DNA of 64,000 nucleotides from an uncultured Gemmatimonadaceae bacterium (GCA_963761305.1 CAVXGK010000002.1:2976001-3040000); one strand, 5' to 3'. Shown: positions 20,469 through 30,176, numbered from the stretch's first letter. The notes: generated by a model from the letters alone, not told the origin. Numbers and translations: made by a program.

Positions 20469-21144
20469 TGGCCCCCCCCGCCACCACCCGGCGCGCGTTG
20501 GCGATCGGATAGATCATCGGCACCGAGAGGATCGGCGGCGCGGTGTGATGCTCGCCGGGGAGCATCGTGATGCGAACGACGGTCGGCGTGATCGTCGCCG
20601 CCTCGGACGAGTGGTACCAGCGGTGCGTGCGATCGTCGAGAAACTCCACGTACAGCGTGTCGATCGTCGAGTCGAGCATCTTGCGTACGATCGGCTGCTG
20701 CGCGTTGGGTTGATACTCGATCGTGAGACCTTTTTCCGGCGTGTTGTTGTCCGCGTCGACGAACAGCCGGATGCGGACGATGCTGAGCAGTCCGGGATTG
20801 GCCGCGCTCGTCGTGAACGTGACCTCGTCGCCCGCAGCCTGCGCCGCGCTCACGGCCGACGTGCTGTTGCTCATGCCGGGCGCGGCAGTGGTCGCCGCCC
20901 CACTCGAGAGTCCGCGCGGTCCGCCGCCCTGCTGGATCTGCACCTGGCCGGTCGACAGCCACGCGCGAATCATCTCGCGCAGCGCGACGGCGCGTTCCGT
21001 CGACACGGCTGCGTCGCGGATCACCTTGCGATGGCTGATGATGGCTTCGAACGCGCCCGCACCGGCGGCCGCCATCATGCTCGTGATCGCCAATCCGATC
21101 ACGAGCTCCATCAACGTCATCCCCCGCCGCGCGCGCAGCATCAT
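20465..21144 (-). CDS. Minor pseudopilin GspJ-like; stop missed by an indel near a G8 run
   Basis: Prepilin motif RRG|MTLMELVI. One extra base in or near the 20472-20479 run would give a TGA at 20465 overlapping the gspK ATG. Confidence 0.75.
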
Positions 21145-21542
21145 TGGCGCGTCGCCAGGGCGGGCGTGATGTAGCGATACGTGCGCAGCGCGTACGAGCC
21201 CCCGGACCAATTGACGCTGATCCGGATGTCGTACAAGCCGTTCGGATCCGAGATCGGCGTCGACGTCGTGATCCACGTGTACTGGTCGAAGGGCGCGGGG
21301 AATTTTCCGCTCGACACGGAGTCCGGCAGGGCTTGCAGCTCCGTGCTGGTCAGAAGATTCATGAACTCGAGCCGCGACGTCGCCAGCTCTTCGACTTCGA
21401 TCGCGCGGCGCGCACGCTCGGCCGTGCGCATCTCGCCGCCCGCGGCCTCGAGGGCCGCCACGGACGTCGTCCCGACGATCGCGATGGCCGCGACCGCCTC
21501 GAGCAGGGTGATCCCGCGGCGCGCCTTAGCGAGAATCCGCAC
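21141..21542 (-). CDS. Minor pseudopilin GspI-like
   Basis: Prepilin motif RRG|ITLLEAVAAIAI; 133 aa. Confidence 0.78.
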   Translation of the reverse strand: MRILAKARRGITLLEAVAAIAIVGTTSVAALEAAGGEMRTAERARRAIEVEELATSRLEFMNLLTSTELQALPDSVSSGKFPAPFDQYTWITTSTPISDPNGLYDIRISVNWSGGSYALRTYRYITPALATRQ

Positions 21543-22008
21543 GCGCCACTCCGCTCCAGGGGTCCACTCGCACGATCAACGGAACCTGTCCGCCGTGTAC
21601 GACAGCCGTGTCGGCGAACGCCAGGCCCGTGGGCGCAAAGACGAACTGCAATCGTGGTTGGTCCGTCACGATCGTGGACGTCATGCCAAGGTCGAGCGTG
21701 CCGGTGGCGAGCGGTCCCATGCCGAAGCTCGAAGCGGTATCCACCTCGAACTTCAACGTCTTGGGGTCGAGCCTCAGCGTCGTCGTCGCGTTGTAGCTGA
21801 TCGCCGCTTTGCGCGTGTCGCGCAGCAGGCTCAGGACCGCGTCGGCACCTCCGGGCGGCTGCTCGCTGCCGAAGCGCGCGAACGCCGGCGCCACCAACGT
21901 CGCCGCGATGCCCATGATGAGCAGCACCATCGTCAGCTCCCACAGCGTGAAGCCGGGGCGCCGCTGGAGCCGCGCGTCGCGAGTCATCGTCCGCATCGCC
22001 GCCATCAC
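21526..22008 (-). CDS. Minor pseudopilin GspH/FimT-like
   Basis: Prepilin motif RPG|FTLWELTMVL, FAPTG, VDPWSG. Confidence 0.8.
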   Translation of the reverse strand: MMAAMRTMTRDARLQRRPGFTLWELTMVLLIMGIAATLVAPAFARFGSEQPPGGADAVLSLLRDTRKAAISYNATTTLRLDPKTLKFEVDTASSFGMGPLATGTLDLGMTSTIVTDQPRLQFVFAPTGLAFADTAVVHGGQVPLIVRVDPWSGVARADSR

Positions 22009-23210
22009 TTGAACGAGTTGGCGTTGATGCCGTAGATCGCTTGCAGCAGCGAAAGGGCGATGAACGCCACGATGATGCCGAACGTCACGATCATCGCCGG
22101 TTCGGCGAGCGTGGCCAGACGCTGCGTGGCGCGTTCGGTGCGCTCCTCGAAGATGTCGGCGGCCTTCATGAGGAACACGCGCAACTGCCCCGCGTCTTCA
22201 CCGACGCCCACGAGCTGCGCCAGAAGATCCGGAAAGAGCGTGCCCTCGGCCAACGCGGCGCGAAGCGAACTTCCTTCGCGCACCCGCGTTCGCACTCGCG
22301 CCACGTCGTCGCGCGCGAGCGGGTCGCCGATCGATTCGATGGTGTCGTCGAGCGCCGTGAGGAGCGGCGCGCCGCCGCCGAGCAGCACGCCGACGAGTCG
22401 AGCGAAGCGGCCGGCGAGCGCGTACCGCCGCAACGTGCGCACGCCGGGCAGCGCGAGCAGCGTCGCCGACCAGGCGCGCCGTCCGGCTTCCACGTTCGTT
22501 GCCCATGTGGCGAACGCCGCGATGCCGAACGGGATGAGCAGCAGCACCGGCCAGGCGCGATGCAACGCCGACGAGACTGCGAGCAACGTCGCCGTCGACC
22601 GCGGCAACGTGGCGCCGCTCCCCTCGAGCAGCGTCACGAACCGCGGCAGCACGAAGAACAAGAGCACGGTGACGGCGATCGAGCCCGCCGTCGCCAGCAT
22701 CAACGGATAAATCGACGCCGACAGAACTCGACCGCGCAAGACTTCGTCGCGCTCGAGCTGGTCGGCGAGCCGGGCGAACGCGGCGTCGAGATCGCCGCTC
22801 TTTTCACCCGCGCGCACGAGTCCGACGTACAACGGCGAGAACAGCGAGCGATGCTGCGCCAGCGCCGCCGAGAGCGTCTCTCCGCGCTCGACGCGTCCCT
22901 TCACCTCGTTCAGCGCGTCCTTCACGTCGCCGCTCGCCACGCCCGATGCCGCCCTGAGCGCCTGCGCCAGCGGCATGCCGACCGGCAGCAGCGCCGCGAG
23001 GGCGCGCGTGACCTCGAGCACTTCGCGCCGACGGCCGAGCCGAAACGCGCGACGACCGCCGCCTTCGCCATCCGCCGATTCCGCGACGTCGAGCACGAAC
23101 AGACCGCGCGCCTCGAGCGTGCGCGTCAACGCGCCGGAGCTCACGGCCTGCGCGTTTCCGCGCATCCGCTTCCCCTTTCCGTCGACCGCTTGATACGCGA
23201 AGTTCGGCAT
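22005..23210 (-). CDS. gspF: Type II secretion platform protein GspF
   Basis: MPNFAYQAVD..GK, GLVRAGEKSGDL, SIYP, FVLPRF, VGEDAGQL, AEPAMI. Confidence 0.93.
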   Translation of the reverse strand: MPNFAYQAVDGKGKRMRGNAQAVSSGALTRTLEARGLFVLDVAESADGEGGGRRAFRLGRRREVLEVTRALAALLPVGMPLAQALRAASGVASGDVKDALNEVKGRVERGETLSAALAQHRSLFSPLYVGLVRAGEKSGDLDAAFARLADQLERDEVLRGRVLSASIYPLMLATAGSIAVTVLLFFVLPRFVTLLEGSGATLPRSTATLLAVSSALHRAWPVLLLIPFGIAAFATWATNVEAGRRAWSATLLALPGVRTLRRYALAGRFARLVGVLLGGGAPLLTALDDTIESIGDPLARDDVARVRTRVREGSSLRAALAEGTLFPDLLAQLVGVGEDAGQLRVFLMKAADIFEERTERATQRLATLAEPAMIVTFGIIVAFIALSLLQAIYGINANSFK

Positions 23211-23228
23211 CGTCGTCGTCGCGACTCC

Positions 23229-23693
23229 CTACTTCCAGCTGAGGATGTCTGCGTCCTCACCTTCGCCGCCGGGCTTTCCGTCGGCGCCGTACGTCATCAG
23301 GTCGTACCCCGTCGGATTCGCCTGCCCGGGCGCGAGGTAGACGTAGGCGTGACCCCACGGGTCGAGCGGCACCGGCTTCCGCAGGTAGGGCGAACGCCAA
23401 TTGTTCGGCGGATCGATCGTCGGCTTTTCCCAGAGGGCGGCGAGGCCCTGTTCGGTGGTCGGATACCCCCCATTGTCCAGGCGGTATGCGTCGAGCGCCG
23501 CACCCAGCATCTCGATCTGCGACTTGGCCGTCGCGCTCTTCGCGGCGCCCACGTGCTGGAAGATGTTCGGCGCAACGAGCGTCGCGAGGATCGCGATCAC
23601 AACAATGACCACGAGGATTTCGATCAGCGTGAATCCGGCGCGGATTCGGGACCGGCGGGTCGGACGGGGCTGGCGAGGAGTCTGGCTGGTCAT
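23229..23693 (-). CDS. gspG: Major pseudopilin GspG
   Basis: G|FTLIEILVV, ALDAYRLDNGGYPTTEQGLAAL, PLDPWG, YGADGKPGGEGEDADI. Confidence 0.95.
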   Translation of the reverse strand: MTSQTPRQPRPTRRSRIRAGFTLIEILVVIVVIAILATLVAPNIFQHVGAAKSATAKSQIEMLGAALDAYRLDNGGYPTTEQGLAALWEKPTIDPPNNWRSPYLRKPVPLDPWGHAYVYLAPGQANPTGYDLMTYGADGKPGGEGEDADILSWK

Positions 23694-24055
23694 CGGACGA
23701 GAAGGTCGGCGGTCGCAGTGAGCTCGATCCCGCAGTTCGTGAAAACGCGGTCGGGACGAGGTGGACAATTGGACACGAAGGCAGGCGAAACGGTTTTCAT
23801 CGCGCGACTTAGACGGATGACGGCGGCGCGGAATGCGTCGTTAATCGACGGCGAACCTCGCGCGCGCCGGAAGGCTGTGGCGCAAATGCCCCCGGATGTT
23901 CTAACACGCGGGCGGTATGCGCAGTTTGTACATGGATTTACGGACCGGTCAGGCTCCTGTCCATTGACGGTCGGAACCCTTTGTTGGTTCCACTTCCAGA
24001 CACCCGGGACGCTCTGCCTCCCATGAGCACAAGGGCCGACCGTCCTCCCCGACAC

Positions 24056-24114
24056 TCCCATTGACTTTCTATGGGAAGCGCTCCTACATTCGCAGGCATA
24101 GAATCTCTATGGGA
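24056..24114 (+). promoter_or_regulatory. Putative sigma70 promoter (TTGACT-N18-TACATT) overlapped and flanked by two palindromic operators
   Basis: TCCCATTGACTTTCTATGGGA (24056-24076) and CATAGAATCTCTATG (24097-24111) directly upstream of the PadR gene; both continue as TCTATGGGA. Confidence 0.6.
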
Positions 24115-24122
24115 CGGCGGCG

Positions 24123-24467
24123 ATGACCGAGGCGAACGTCGAGGTGCTGCGGGGCACGCTGGATCTCCTCATCCTCAAAGCGGTTAGCTGGCGACCGACC
24201 CACGGCTATGCCGTGGCTAGGTGGATCGAACAGGCGACTGCCGACGTGCTCCAGATCGAGGAAGGATCGCTTTACCCCGCGCTCCACCGCCTAGAGGCCC
24301 GTGGCTGGATTTCGGCCGAGTGGGGCGCGTCGGAAAACAACCGTCGGGCGAAGTTCTATACCCTGACCGCCAAGGGTCGGTCACAGCTCCGAGTCGAGAC
24401 CGCTACGTGGACGCGTTTCGCCCAAGCCGTGTTCGCCGCCCTCGAGGCGCCGCCGCAGCCCGCCTGA
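24123..24467 (+). CDS. PadR-family transcriptional regulator (acidobacterial type)
   Basis: LRGTLDLLILK, HGYAVARWI, EEGSLYPALHRLE, SENNRRAKFY. Confidence 0.93.
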   Translation: MTEANVEVLRGTLDLLILKAVSWRPTHGYAVARWIEQATADVLQIEEGSLYPALHRLEARGWISAEWGASENNRRAKFYTLTAKGRSQLRVETATWTRFAQAVFAALEAPPQPA

Positions 24468-24477
24468 GGACTCGCCC

Positions 24478-27121
24478 GTGAAAACACCTGCGTGGCGGCG
24501 TTACCTGCGCTTCTGGGGATCCAACATCCACAGCGACGTGAACGACGAGCTCCGATTCCACCTCGACATGCGCGCCGCCGAGTACCGGGCGCGAGGAATG
24601 GCGTCGGACGAGGCACGCCGGCTGGCCGAACGGCGATTCGGCGACGAGCAGAGGGCCCGCGCCGAATGCGTGTCGATCGATGAAACCGCGGCGCGCGTCA
24701 CCCACCGCGGCGCGTCACTCGCGTCGCTCGGCCAAGACATTCAGTACGCGGCGCGTTTGCTGCGACGACAAGCCGCACCGGCGTCGCTCGCCGTGCTCTG
24801 CCTCGCCCTCGGCATCGGCGCGACGACGTCGATGTTCAGCGTCGCCGACGCGTTGTTGATTCGTCCGCTGCCGTTCGTGACCGGCGATCGCCTATACCTC
24901 GTCGCGACGACGCGCGATCGCGCGAAAGACGCCGACGTCTCCTCGTACCCCGACTATCTCGACTGGCGCGCGCACCAGCACTCGTTCACCGAGCTGGCCG
25001 CGTTCGGGCAAACGAGTTTCGCGGTCGCGCTCTCGCACCCGATTCGAGCCGGCGGCGCTGTCGTCAGCCCGAACTTCTTCCGCGCCCTCGGCGTCGTGCC
25101 CGAACGCGGGCGCTTGTTCGTCGACGGTGAGGATCAACCGGACGGGCCCACGATCGCCATCGTGTAGCATGGATTCGCCGAGCGCGAGTTGGGCGGAATC
25201 GATCACGCGGTGGGATCCACGGTTTCGATTCGCGGGATTCCGCGCACCGTCGTCGGCGTCGTGCCCGACGGCCGGGCGATTCCGGTGGGCGGCGAGTTGT
25301 GGACGCCGATTCCTCGCGACTTGGACCGCGCGCTGTTGCCGGGGAAATCGAGTCTGACCCGCTCGAACCGCGGACTACAGGTGATCGGTTGGCTGGCGCC
25401 GAACCCCGGTCGATCAAGCGCGGGCGGAATTCGAGTCGCTCGAAGCGGAGCTCCTGCAAGAGTATCCGTCGATCGACGCCGGGCTTACGACCAAGATCAC
25501 GTCGATCCGCGATGTGTACGTCGGCTTCGCGCGACCTACGCTTCTCGCGATGATCGCGGCGACCATTCTCGTGCTGCTCGTGGCGTGTGCGAACGTCGCC
25601 GGAATTCAGCTCGCGCGCGCGACGTCTCGCATTCGCGAGATCGCCGTGCGATCGGCGATCGGGGCGAGCCGCGGCCGCGTGTTCAGACAACTGCTCACGG
25701 AGAGCGTGATGCTGGCGCTGGCGGGCGGGGTTCTTGGCATCGCGCTGGCGTACCGCTCGTCGGAGTTCGCCGAAGTGTCGGTGCTCGGCCAGTCGCCAGG
25801 ATGGCTCACGCCGTCGGTGGATCTGCGCGTGTTGGCGTTTGCGGCAACCGTCTCGATGCTCACCGGCATCGTGTTCGGGGTCGCACCGGCGATCCGCCTG
25901 ACGCGCGTCGATCCCGCTGACGCACTTCGCGGAGGCCGCAGCACTCTCGGTCCGAGGCGCGGGCGCTTGCAACGGCTCTTCGTCGTCGTGCAGATCGCAC
26001 TCTCGATCGTGCTCGTCGTCGCCGCGGGACTCTCCATGGAAAGCGTGCAACGAGTGGAGAAGCTTCCGCTCGGCTTCGACGAACGTGGCGCGCTCATGTT
26101 CACCGCGGCTCTTCAGACCCCGCAGTACGACATCGCGGGGGCGCGAGCGCGGTTCGCCGAAGTGCTCGAGGAACGGGCGGCCGCGTTGCCCGGCGTGAGC
26201 GCGGCCGGTGCGACGTCGCTCGGCCCGTTCCGGTGCTGCTCGCAGTGGGCACTCGCGATCGACGGCCAGTTACGGCCTCCGGATCAGAAGCTCATGGTGC
26301 CCGGCAACTCGGTGACGCCCGGCTACTTCCAGGCGATGGGCATTCCGCTGGTGCGCGGACGAGCGTTCACGCTCGCCGACGCGGCGGGCGGGGCGCCTGT
26401 CATGGTAGTGAGCGAGTCGTTCGCACAACGCTTCTGGCCGAACGGTGAAGCCGTCGGGCACCTCGTACAGGACGGGGACGATCACGCGGCGATCGTCGGG
26501 ATCGTACGCGACGTTAAGATCACGCTGACCGACTCGCCGGGCCCGCAGTTCTATCGCCCGCTCGCGCAGAAACCGATCACCAACCTCACGTTCGTCGTTC
26601 GCACGCCGAGCGGCGATCCGTCGCGATTCACGGCCGACGTGCGCCGCATCGTGCACGACCTCGATCCCACGCTGCCGATCTACAACATCACCACGGCGCG
26701 CGACATGGTGGACGATCAATTCGCCGGACGCCGAAGCGTCGAGTGGTTGATGATCGCGTTCGGCGTCATCGCGCTCTTGTTGGCGACGATGGGCGTGTAC
26801 GCGGTGACTTCGTTCTTCGTGTCGCAGCGCACGCAGGAATTGGGTCTCCGCGTCGCGCTGGGCGCGGATCGGGTGCGATTGCTCCGGTTGGTGCTGGGGT
26901 CGAGCGTTGGGATGGCGGTGATCGGCGCCGTGCTCGGGCTCGGTGGTGCGTTCCTCGCGGCGCGGTGGTTGTCGCACACGCTGTACGGCGTCGGCACCGG
27001 CGATCCGATGATCTACGTCGTGGCGGCGGGCCTGCTCGTCGTTGGAACGCTCGTCGCGAGTCTCGGCCCCGCCAACCGCGCCGCCCGCGCCGACCCGATG
27101 ACGACGCTGCGCGTCGATTGA
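24478..27121 (+). pseudogene. ADOP-type (duplicated MacB/FtsX) ABC permease, interrupted by an in-frame TAG (25165-25167) and a frameshift (~25405); may be assembly error
   Basis: DELRFHLDMR..RRFGD prefix domain, QDIQYAARLL, LALGIGATT, LLVACANVA, REIAVRSAIGA, QRTQELGLRVALGA, DPMTTLR. Confidence 0.85.
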
Positions 27122-27124
27122 CGC

Positions 27125-27152
27125 GGGAATAATCCGACCGAATGTCGAGTCT
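27125..27152 (+). promoter_or_regulatory. Putative ECF sigma promoter GGGAATAA-N15-AGTCT
   Basis: Identical -35/-10 words and spacing to the motif upstream of the ECF sigma gene (29809-29836). Confidence 0.7.
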
Positions 27153-27178
27153 CCGTGTGAAACCACGGAGGCTTCAAC

Positions 27179-28525
27179 ATGTCTTCACATCGCGATCGCG
27201 ATGCGGCGGAATTCGACGCGCACGGCAACACGAGACCGAGCGGCAGCAACTACATCACCAACGATCAGAGCGGCGACGGCATCGACAGGCGCGGCTTTCT
27301 GCGCTGCATGGCGTGGGCGGGCACAGGCGTCGTGTGGGCGCTCGAGGGCGGTCTTCCACTCTCGATCCCGCTGAGCCGCATCGGTTCCCTGACCGAGCCG
27401 CAGAAGAAGAGCATCTTCTTCGCGCAGATCAGCGACAGCCACATCGGATTCAGCAAGGAAGCGAACAAGGACGTCACGGCGACGTTGCAGGACGCCGTCG
27501 TCAAGCTGAACGCGCTGCCGCAGAGCCCCGCGTTCGTGTTGCACACCGGCGACATAACCCAGCTCGCCAAATCCGAGGAATTCGACACAGCGCAGCAGGT
27601 GCTCGCCGGCGTGAAGGCCGAGCGGATCTTCTACGTGCCGGGTGAGCACGACGTCGCGACCGACAACGGCGCGTCGTATCTGCAACGCTACGGGAAAGGC
27701 ACAAGCGGCGGCGGCTGGCACAGCTTCGAGCACAGCGGAGTGCACTTCGTCGGCCTCGTCAACGTGCTGAATCTCAAAGCCGGCGGACTCGGAACGCTCG
27801 GCGCCGAGCAGCTCGATTGGCTGAAGAAAGACGTTTCACGGCTCGCCGCGAGCACGCCGATCGTGCTGTTCGCCCACGTGCCGCTGTGGACCGTGTATCC
27901 GGAATGGGGGTGGGGCACCGACGACTCCGAGCAGGCGCTCGCGTTGCTCAAGCGATTCGGCTCGGTGACGGTGCTCAACGGCCACATTCACCAAATCATG
28001 CAGAAGGTCGAAGGACACGTGTCGTTCCACACGGCGATGTCGACCGCCTTCCCACAGCCCGCGCCCGGAACCGCGCCGGCTCCCGGACCGATGACGGTCG
28101 ATCCGACGCGGCTCAAGAGTGTGCTCGGGATCGCCGACGTGACGTTCATTCCGGGGCGCGGTTCCCTCGCCATCGTCGACGCGACAATCTCAGGGCAGCC
28201 GGCGGCGTTCGACGAGGCGTCCCACGAGGCAATGATGGAGCGCCAGACGAAGCGTCGCAGCATCACGCTCGCCGACAACGAGATCGGCATCGACAACTTC
28301 AACTTCACGCCGCCCGTGCTTACGGTGAAACCGGGCACCAAGGTCACGTGGATCAACAACGACGACGTGCCGCATCTCATCGTGAGCGTGCAGCGATCGT
28401 GGAAGCAGTCGCCGATCCTCGACACCGATCACCGATTCTCGGCGACGCTCACCGCTCCGGGCACGTACGACTACTTCTGCTCGCTGCACCCCAAGATGCA
28501 GGGAAAGATCATCGTGCGGCGTTGA
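27179..28525 (+). CDS. Metallophosphoesterase fused to a C-terminal cupredoxin (amicyanin/plastocyanin-like) domain; twin-arginine leader
   Basis: DRRGFL, DSH, TGD, GEHD, AHVP, GHIH; type-1 Cu ligands DDVPH..YFCSLHPKM. Confidence 0.88.
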   Translation: MSSHRDRDAAEFDAHGNTRPSGSNYITNDQSGDGIDRRGFLRCMAWAGTGVVWALEGGLPLSIPLSRIGSLTEPQKKSIFFAQISDSHIGFSKEANKDVTATLQDAVVKLNALPQSPAFVLHTGDITQLAKSEEFDTAQQVLAGVKAERIFYVPGEHDVATDNGASYLQRYGKGTSGGGWHSFEHSGVHFVGLVNVLNLKAGGLGTLGAEQLDWLKKDVSRLAASTPIVLFAHVPLWTVYPEWGWGTDDSEQALALLKRFGSVTVLNGHIHQIMQKVEGHVSFHTAMSTAFPQPAPGTAPAPGPMTVDPTRLKSVLGIADVTFIPGRGSLAIVDATISGQPAAFDEASHEAMMERQTKRRSITLADNEIGIDNFNFTPPVLTVKPGTKVTWINNDDVPHLIVSVQRSWKQSPILDTDHRFSATLTAPGTYDYFCSLHPKMQGKIIVRR

Positions 28526-29276
28526 ACGTTTTCACAAATTGCTCGAGCTCGGGGCGGTTGAGGTCCGACACCGCCTCGAGCGATAGGCCGCCGGCGTGCC
28601 AGGCGATCACGTTGTAGCCGTTGCGGTTCGATTCGGACCAGCCCGTACCGCCGCCCTCGTGCGTGTCGGGCCACGAGTACACGTCGATCAGATGCTGGCG
28701 TCGGCCGTACACGACCACCGGCACCGCGCGATCCCGCAGATAGTCGAGCCGTCCGCCGATCAGCGGAAAACCGAGCGAGTCGAGATTCGGCACGGGAGGC
28801 GAAAGATCGACGCGTCCATTGAACCACGGCTTGACGTTGTGCTGGTTCGTCGACGCGACGTCGGTGAGATGCCCCGGCATGAGCGCGCGGATGTGGCTCG
28901 ACACGACCTCGTCGGCGAGCGAATGGCCTGACGCGACGCCGCGCATGATCGCGAACGTGAGAATGCTGCTGGCGACCGCGACGCCGAGTCCGCCGAGGGC
29001 GAGGCGGCGCGTCACCATCGGTTGGGGCGCTTTGGCGGCGGGTGCGAGCGGGTCTGACTGTGCGAGCGCGACTCGAATGCGCGCCTTGAGCACGTCGGGT
29101 GCGGGGTATTTCACGAGCGATTCTCCGATTCGGCGCGACAGGCCGACGATCCGGGCGTGCTCCCGCGCGCAGTCGGCGCACGACGCAATGTGTTCGCGCA
29201 CAGCCGCGTCGTCGTCGTGCGGCAGCTCGCCATCCACGTACGCGTCGAGCAATTCACGACATTGGGCGCATGTCAT
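28509..29276 (-). CDS. Transmembrane anti-sigma factor (zf-HC2/ZAS)
   Basis: C..LDAYVDGEL..HIASCADC, TM, SHIRAL..STNQHNVKPWFNG, LIGGRLDY, AVSDL. Confidence 0.9.
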   Translation of the reverse strand: MTCAQCRELLDAYVDGELPHDDDAAVREHIASCADCAREHARIVGLSRRIGESLVKYPAPDVLKARIRVALAQSDPLAPAAKAPQPMVTRRLALGGLGVAVASSILTFAIMRGVASGHSLADEVVSSHIRALMPGHLTDVASTNQHNVKPWFNGRVDLSPPVPNLDSLGFPLIGGRLDYLRDRAVPVVVYGRRQHLIDVYSWPDTHEGGGTGWSESNRNGYNVIAWHAGGLSLEAVSDLNRPELEQFVKTFNAAR

Positions 29277-29277
29277 C

Positions 29278-29802
29278 TCAGCCGGCCTCCTGCGCGTCGA
29301 ATCCAAGCGCCGAGGCCAGCCGCCGACGTCCGCGCGCGAGACGCGACATCACCGTTCCGATCGGCACGCCGACAACGTCGCTGATCTCACGATAGCTCAA
29401 CCCCTGCACTTCTCTCAGCACGATAACCTCGCGAAACTCGTCTGGCAGCGCCGCCAACGCCCGCTGCAGCGCCGCCCGCTCCGACCGCTCGATCGCTCGC
29501 GCGTCGGTCCCGCGGCCCTCGTGCGCGACGTCGATGTCTTCGACGAACGAAATGTTCGCACGCTCGGCCTGCGCGCGGCGCTGTCGCGTCAGGCAGCAGT
29601 TGCGTACGATGGCCAGGAGCCAGGCGCGCGCGTCGCCGTCGCGATACGTCTCGAAATAGCGGAGCGCGCGCAGCACGGCGTCCTGCACCGCGTCCTGGGC
29701 CTCATGCTGATCGCGAAGCAGGTAGCGGGCGAGCGTGTACGCGTCGTCCAGGTGCGGCAGCACGACTCGCTCGAAGCGTTCGACCTCTGTTGAGGGCATC
29801 AT
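29278..29802 (-). CDS. ECF RNA polymerase sigma factor
   Basis: PHLDDAYTLARYL, AQDAVQDA, AWLLAIVRN, LSYREIS..IGTVMSRLARGR. Confidence 0.93.
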   Translation of the reverse strand: MMPSTEVERFERVVLPHLDDAYTLARYLLRDQHEAQDAVQDAVLRALRYFETYRDGDARAWLLAIVRNCCLTRQRRAQAERANISFVEDIDVAHEGRGTDARAIERSERAALQRALAALPDEFREVIVLREVQGLSYREISDVVGVPIGTVMSRLARGRRRLASALGFDAQEAG

Positions 29803-29808
29803 TGGCCC

Positions 29809-29836
29809 AGACTAGCCAAACCGGCGATTTATTCCC
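29809..29836 (-). promoter_or_regulatory. Putative autoregulatory ECF promoter GGGAATAA-N15-AGTCT, probably leaderless
   Basis: Minus strand reads GGGAATAA-ATCGCCGGTTTGGCT-AGTCT, ending 6 nt before the sigma ATG. Confidence 0.7.
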
Positions 29837-30122
29837 CGGGTCCGACGATCCGACGACGGCGGAACCCGCGATGACTCGCCGGCGAGAGGTCGATCATCAA
29901 GGCGATGACGATTCCGATGATCGGAATGGGCGCCGACCACGCGCCGTGCCACCAGTGCATGACCGCGGTGTACCACAGGAACGTCGTCGGTAGGAAGACG
30001 AAGCCGAGGACCGGCCAAAGCGGCGTGCTGAACAGTCCGCGGAACCAGAATGTGAAGAACCACAGCAGCACGATGACGAGCCGCGGCGTGAACAGCGCGA
30101 TCAAAACGAGAAGACAGGGCAT
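29829..30122 (-). CDS. Small hypothetical membrane protein
   Basis: 97 aa, three hydrophobic segments, MPCLLVLIALFTPR..LGFVFLPTTFLWY. Confidence 0.7.
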   Translation of the reverse strand: MPCLLVLIALFTPRLVIVLLWFFTFWFRGLFSTPLWPVLGFVFLPTTFLWYTAVMHWWHGAWSAPIPIIGIVIALMIDLSPASHRGFRRRRIVGPGE

Positions 30123-30145
30123 TGTTTTAGTTGCTCGCTTTTACC

Positions 30146-30169
30146 TGTCCACCTGTCCACGTGTCCATC
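30146..30169. repeat. Three 8-bp tandem units (TGTCCACC-like), same unit as the 47.8 kb array
   Basis: TGTCCACC TGTCCACG TGTCCATC just after the oxidoreductase stop. Confidence 0.6.
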
Positions 30170-30176
30170 TGCATTC

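Noticed and set aside
25165..25167. In-frame TAG as pyrrolysine or stop-codon reassignment
   Set aside because: TAG ends normal genes here (e.g. msrA), no pyl genes are seen, and a frameshift follows about 240 bp later; a point error or mutation is simpler.
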